Assembly: GCA_963722255.1 (NCBI GenBank)
Contig: CAVRJO010000002.1
Coordinates: 640,001-704,000, forward strand
Direction of reading: 5' to 3'
Length of the DNA stretch: 64,000 nt
Origin: Candidatus Babeliales bacterium
GTDB lineage: Bacteria; Babelota; Babeliae; Babelales; JANWKD01
This document shows, piece after piece, positions 62,817-64,000 of the stretch. The translations under genes and the position numbers were made by a program. Positions within the stretch are counted from its first letter, which is position 1; every line of letters starts with the position of its first letter. The notes under the pieces were generated by a model. That model ran no database searches. It was not told the origin of the DNA and saw nothing but the letters and a program-made list of their open reading frames with translations.

Positions 62817-63695
62817 CTAAGATACAAGACAACTGCTGCCGATTGCACTTTCGTTTTTTACGTCGGATTCACCTTTTCTGATATCAAAATAGTGCACGAC
62901 ACCATCAATCCCCGAATAAGCAATTGTAGTATCATCTGATGAACATGCAAGAGATCCGGCATAACTATTGATATGATTTTGTATAATTTTGCCAGAAGAG
63001 ATATCCCATAATTTGATCCCTTCACGAGCACACTGTGTACTTGAAATAAGAGTTTTAGTATCTGATGAAAAAGCCAGTGCGGCAATTTCACTCGTATCTA
63101 TAAATAGATTCGTTTCTTGTCCAGTACTAACATCAAAAATTTTTATAATTTGTCCTGTGCCACCCGTAGCACAAAAATTGGTACCGTTTGAAAGGGCAAG
63201 AGCTACTATTGTATCATCCTTAGAAGCTTCAAAAGTTTTTACACATTCACGTTTTTCTATATTCCATAATATAGGACTTTGAAATTCAATATCATCTGTA
63301 TGCAGACAAAAAACTCCATCATCTGAACAGGCATTTGCATAAGTTCCCTTAAAACAGTCCTTTAATTCTTGGGTAGATTCACCCGTTATAATATTCCAAA
63401 CTTTTATCGTCATTGAACAAGGAGAAGCGCCTATAGTTGCAATAAGATGGACATTGTCTTTAAAAAATTTTACAGAGCTGGCAACATCCTCATTTTTAAA
63501 TTCATGGGTATATTTTTTTTGCTCAATATCCCAAATTGCTACTTTAAAATCTTGCCCCATTGCAATTCGTTTTCCATCAGGAGAATAGTCTAGAGAGGCA
63601 ATAATCCCATCATTTTCCTGTTTGCTTGGCTCTTCATCCATGCTTTTACTAGCAAAAATTAATAAACAGATGCTTAATAAGAAATACTGTTTCAT
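62817..63695 (-). CDS. Secreted WD40-repeat protein ending in a CaaX-like motif (CLVS)
   Basis: SLDYSPDG, VAIWD, IKVWN, IKLWD; C-terminus SSCLVS. Confidence 0.85.
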   Translation of the reverse strand: MKQYFLLSICLLIFASKSMDEEPSKQENDGIIASLDYSPDGKRIAMGQDFKVAIWDIEQKKYTHEFKNEDVASSVKFFKDNVHLIATIGASPCSMTIKVWNIITGESTQELKDCFKGTYANACSDDGVFCLHTDDIEFQSPILWNIEKRECVKTFEASKDDTIVALALSNGTNFCATGGTGQIIKIFDVSTGQETNLFIDTSEIAALAFSSDTKTLISSTQCAREGIKLWDISSGKIIQNHINSYAGSLACSSDDTTIAYSGIDGVVHYFDIRKGESDVKNESAIGSSCLVS

Positions 63696-63798
63696 ATTCT
63701 TCCTTCTTTTATTTTTTGGTTTCTAAATCTGTGCTAGCAAAGTAAAAATTAGTTTTTTTGTCAATATAAAAAGACAAATCTTAAGCCCGTAAATTTAT

Positions 63799-64000
63799 TT
63801 ATTCCCATCCTGGTAGTTGACCACCGGTACAAAAATAGCAACATAAAAAACATAAGCCGGCAGAAGTTTTACAACATACCATGCAAAACTTTGGGCATGA
63901 TTCGCAGCAAGCTTTTGTACTGTTACAACAAGAAGACTCACTCATCTCTTTTTTCTTTGACAAACTTTCCATCCCAGTATTCATTTCCAATTTTTCTTTA
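63799..64000 (-). CDS. Cys-rich C-terminus of a protein starting beyond the window
   Basis: SCCNSTKACCESCPKFCMVCCKTSAGLCFLCCYFC; frame runs to the window edge. Confidence 0.55.
   Translation of the reverse strand, partial: KEKLEMNTGMESLSKKKEMSESSCCNSTKACCESCPKFCMVCCKTSAGLCFLCCYFCTGGQLPGWE

Noticed and set aside
1697..63282. Many short overlapping or antisense ORFs in the track (e.g. 1697-1978, 17872-18114, 33155-33475, 53574-53912, 57040-57534, 62989-63282)
   Set aside because: Shadows of longer well-supported genes, with no recognisable motifs

Overview
AT-rich bacterial chromosomal segment. Housekeeping genes (uvrC, tyrS, rlmB, rpe, gpsA, uppS, lgt-dnaG-rpoD, mnmG, mraY, lepB) are interspersed with many signal-peptide proteins carrying eukaryote-like modules (ankyrin, WD40, C2H2 zinc fingers). 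This gene content suggests an intracellular parasite of protists, plausibly Dependentiae/Babeliae (TM6); the taxon is an inference. There are four IS elements (two IS5, two IS200/IS605), three of which demonstrably interrupt genes, plus a 157-bp MITE. No tRNA, rRNA, CRISPR-cas or prophage was recognised. Main observations: (1) a putative effector-addressing scheme in which Sec-type signal peptides are followed by a Met (often ME/MD/MN/MQ) and some proteins carry a second eukaryotic tag (NLS plus C2H2 fingers, two C-terminal CaaX boxes, a mitochondrial-presequence-like segment, BC-box-like motifs); (2) four 18-bp repeats with exact 33-bp period upstream of an AAA_14/DUF4143 ATPase; (3) two displaced in-frame copies of a segment near the 3' end of the ABC-F gene, each in front of a WD40 gene; (4) a six-member family of small secreted beta-rich proteins; (5) rpoD broken by three +1 frameshifts, probably sequence errors. 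All family assignments are by eye, without database searches.
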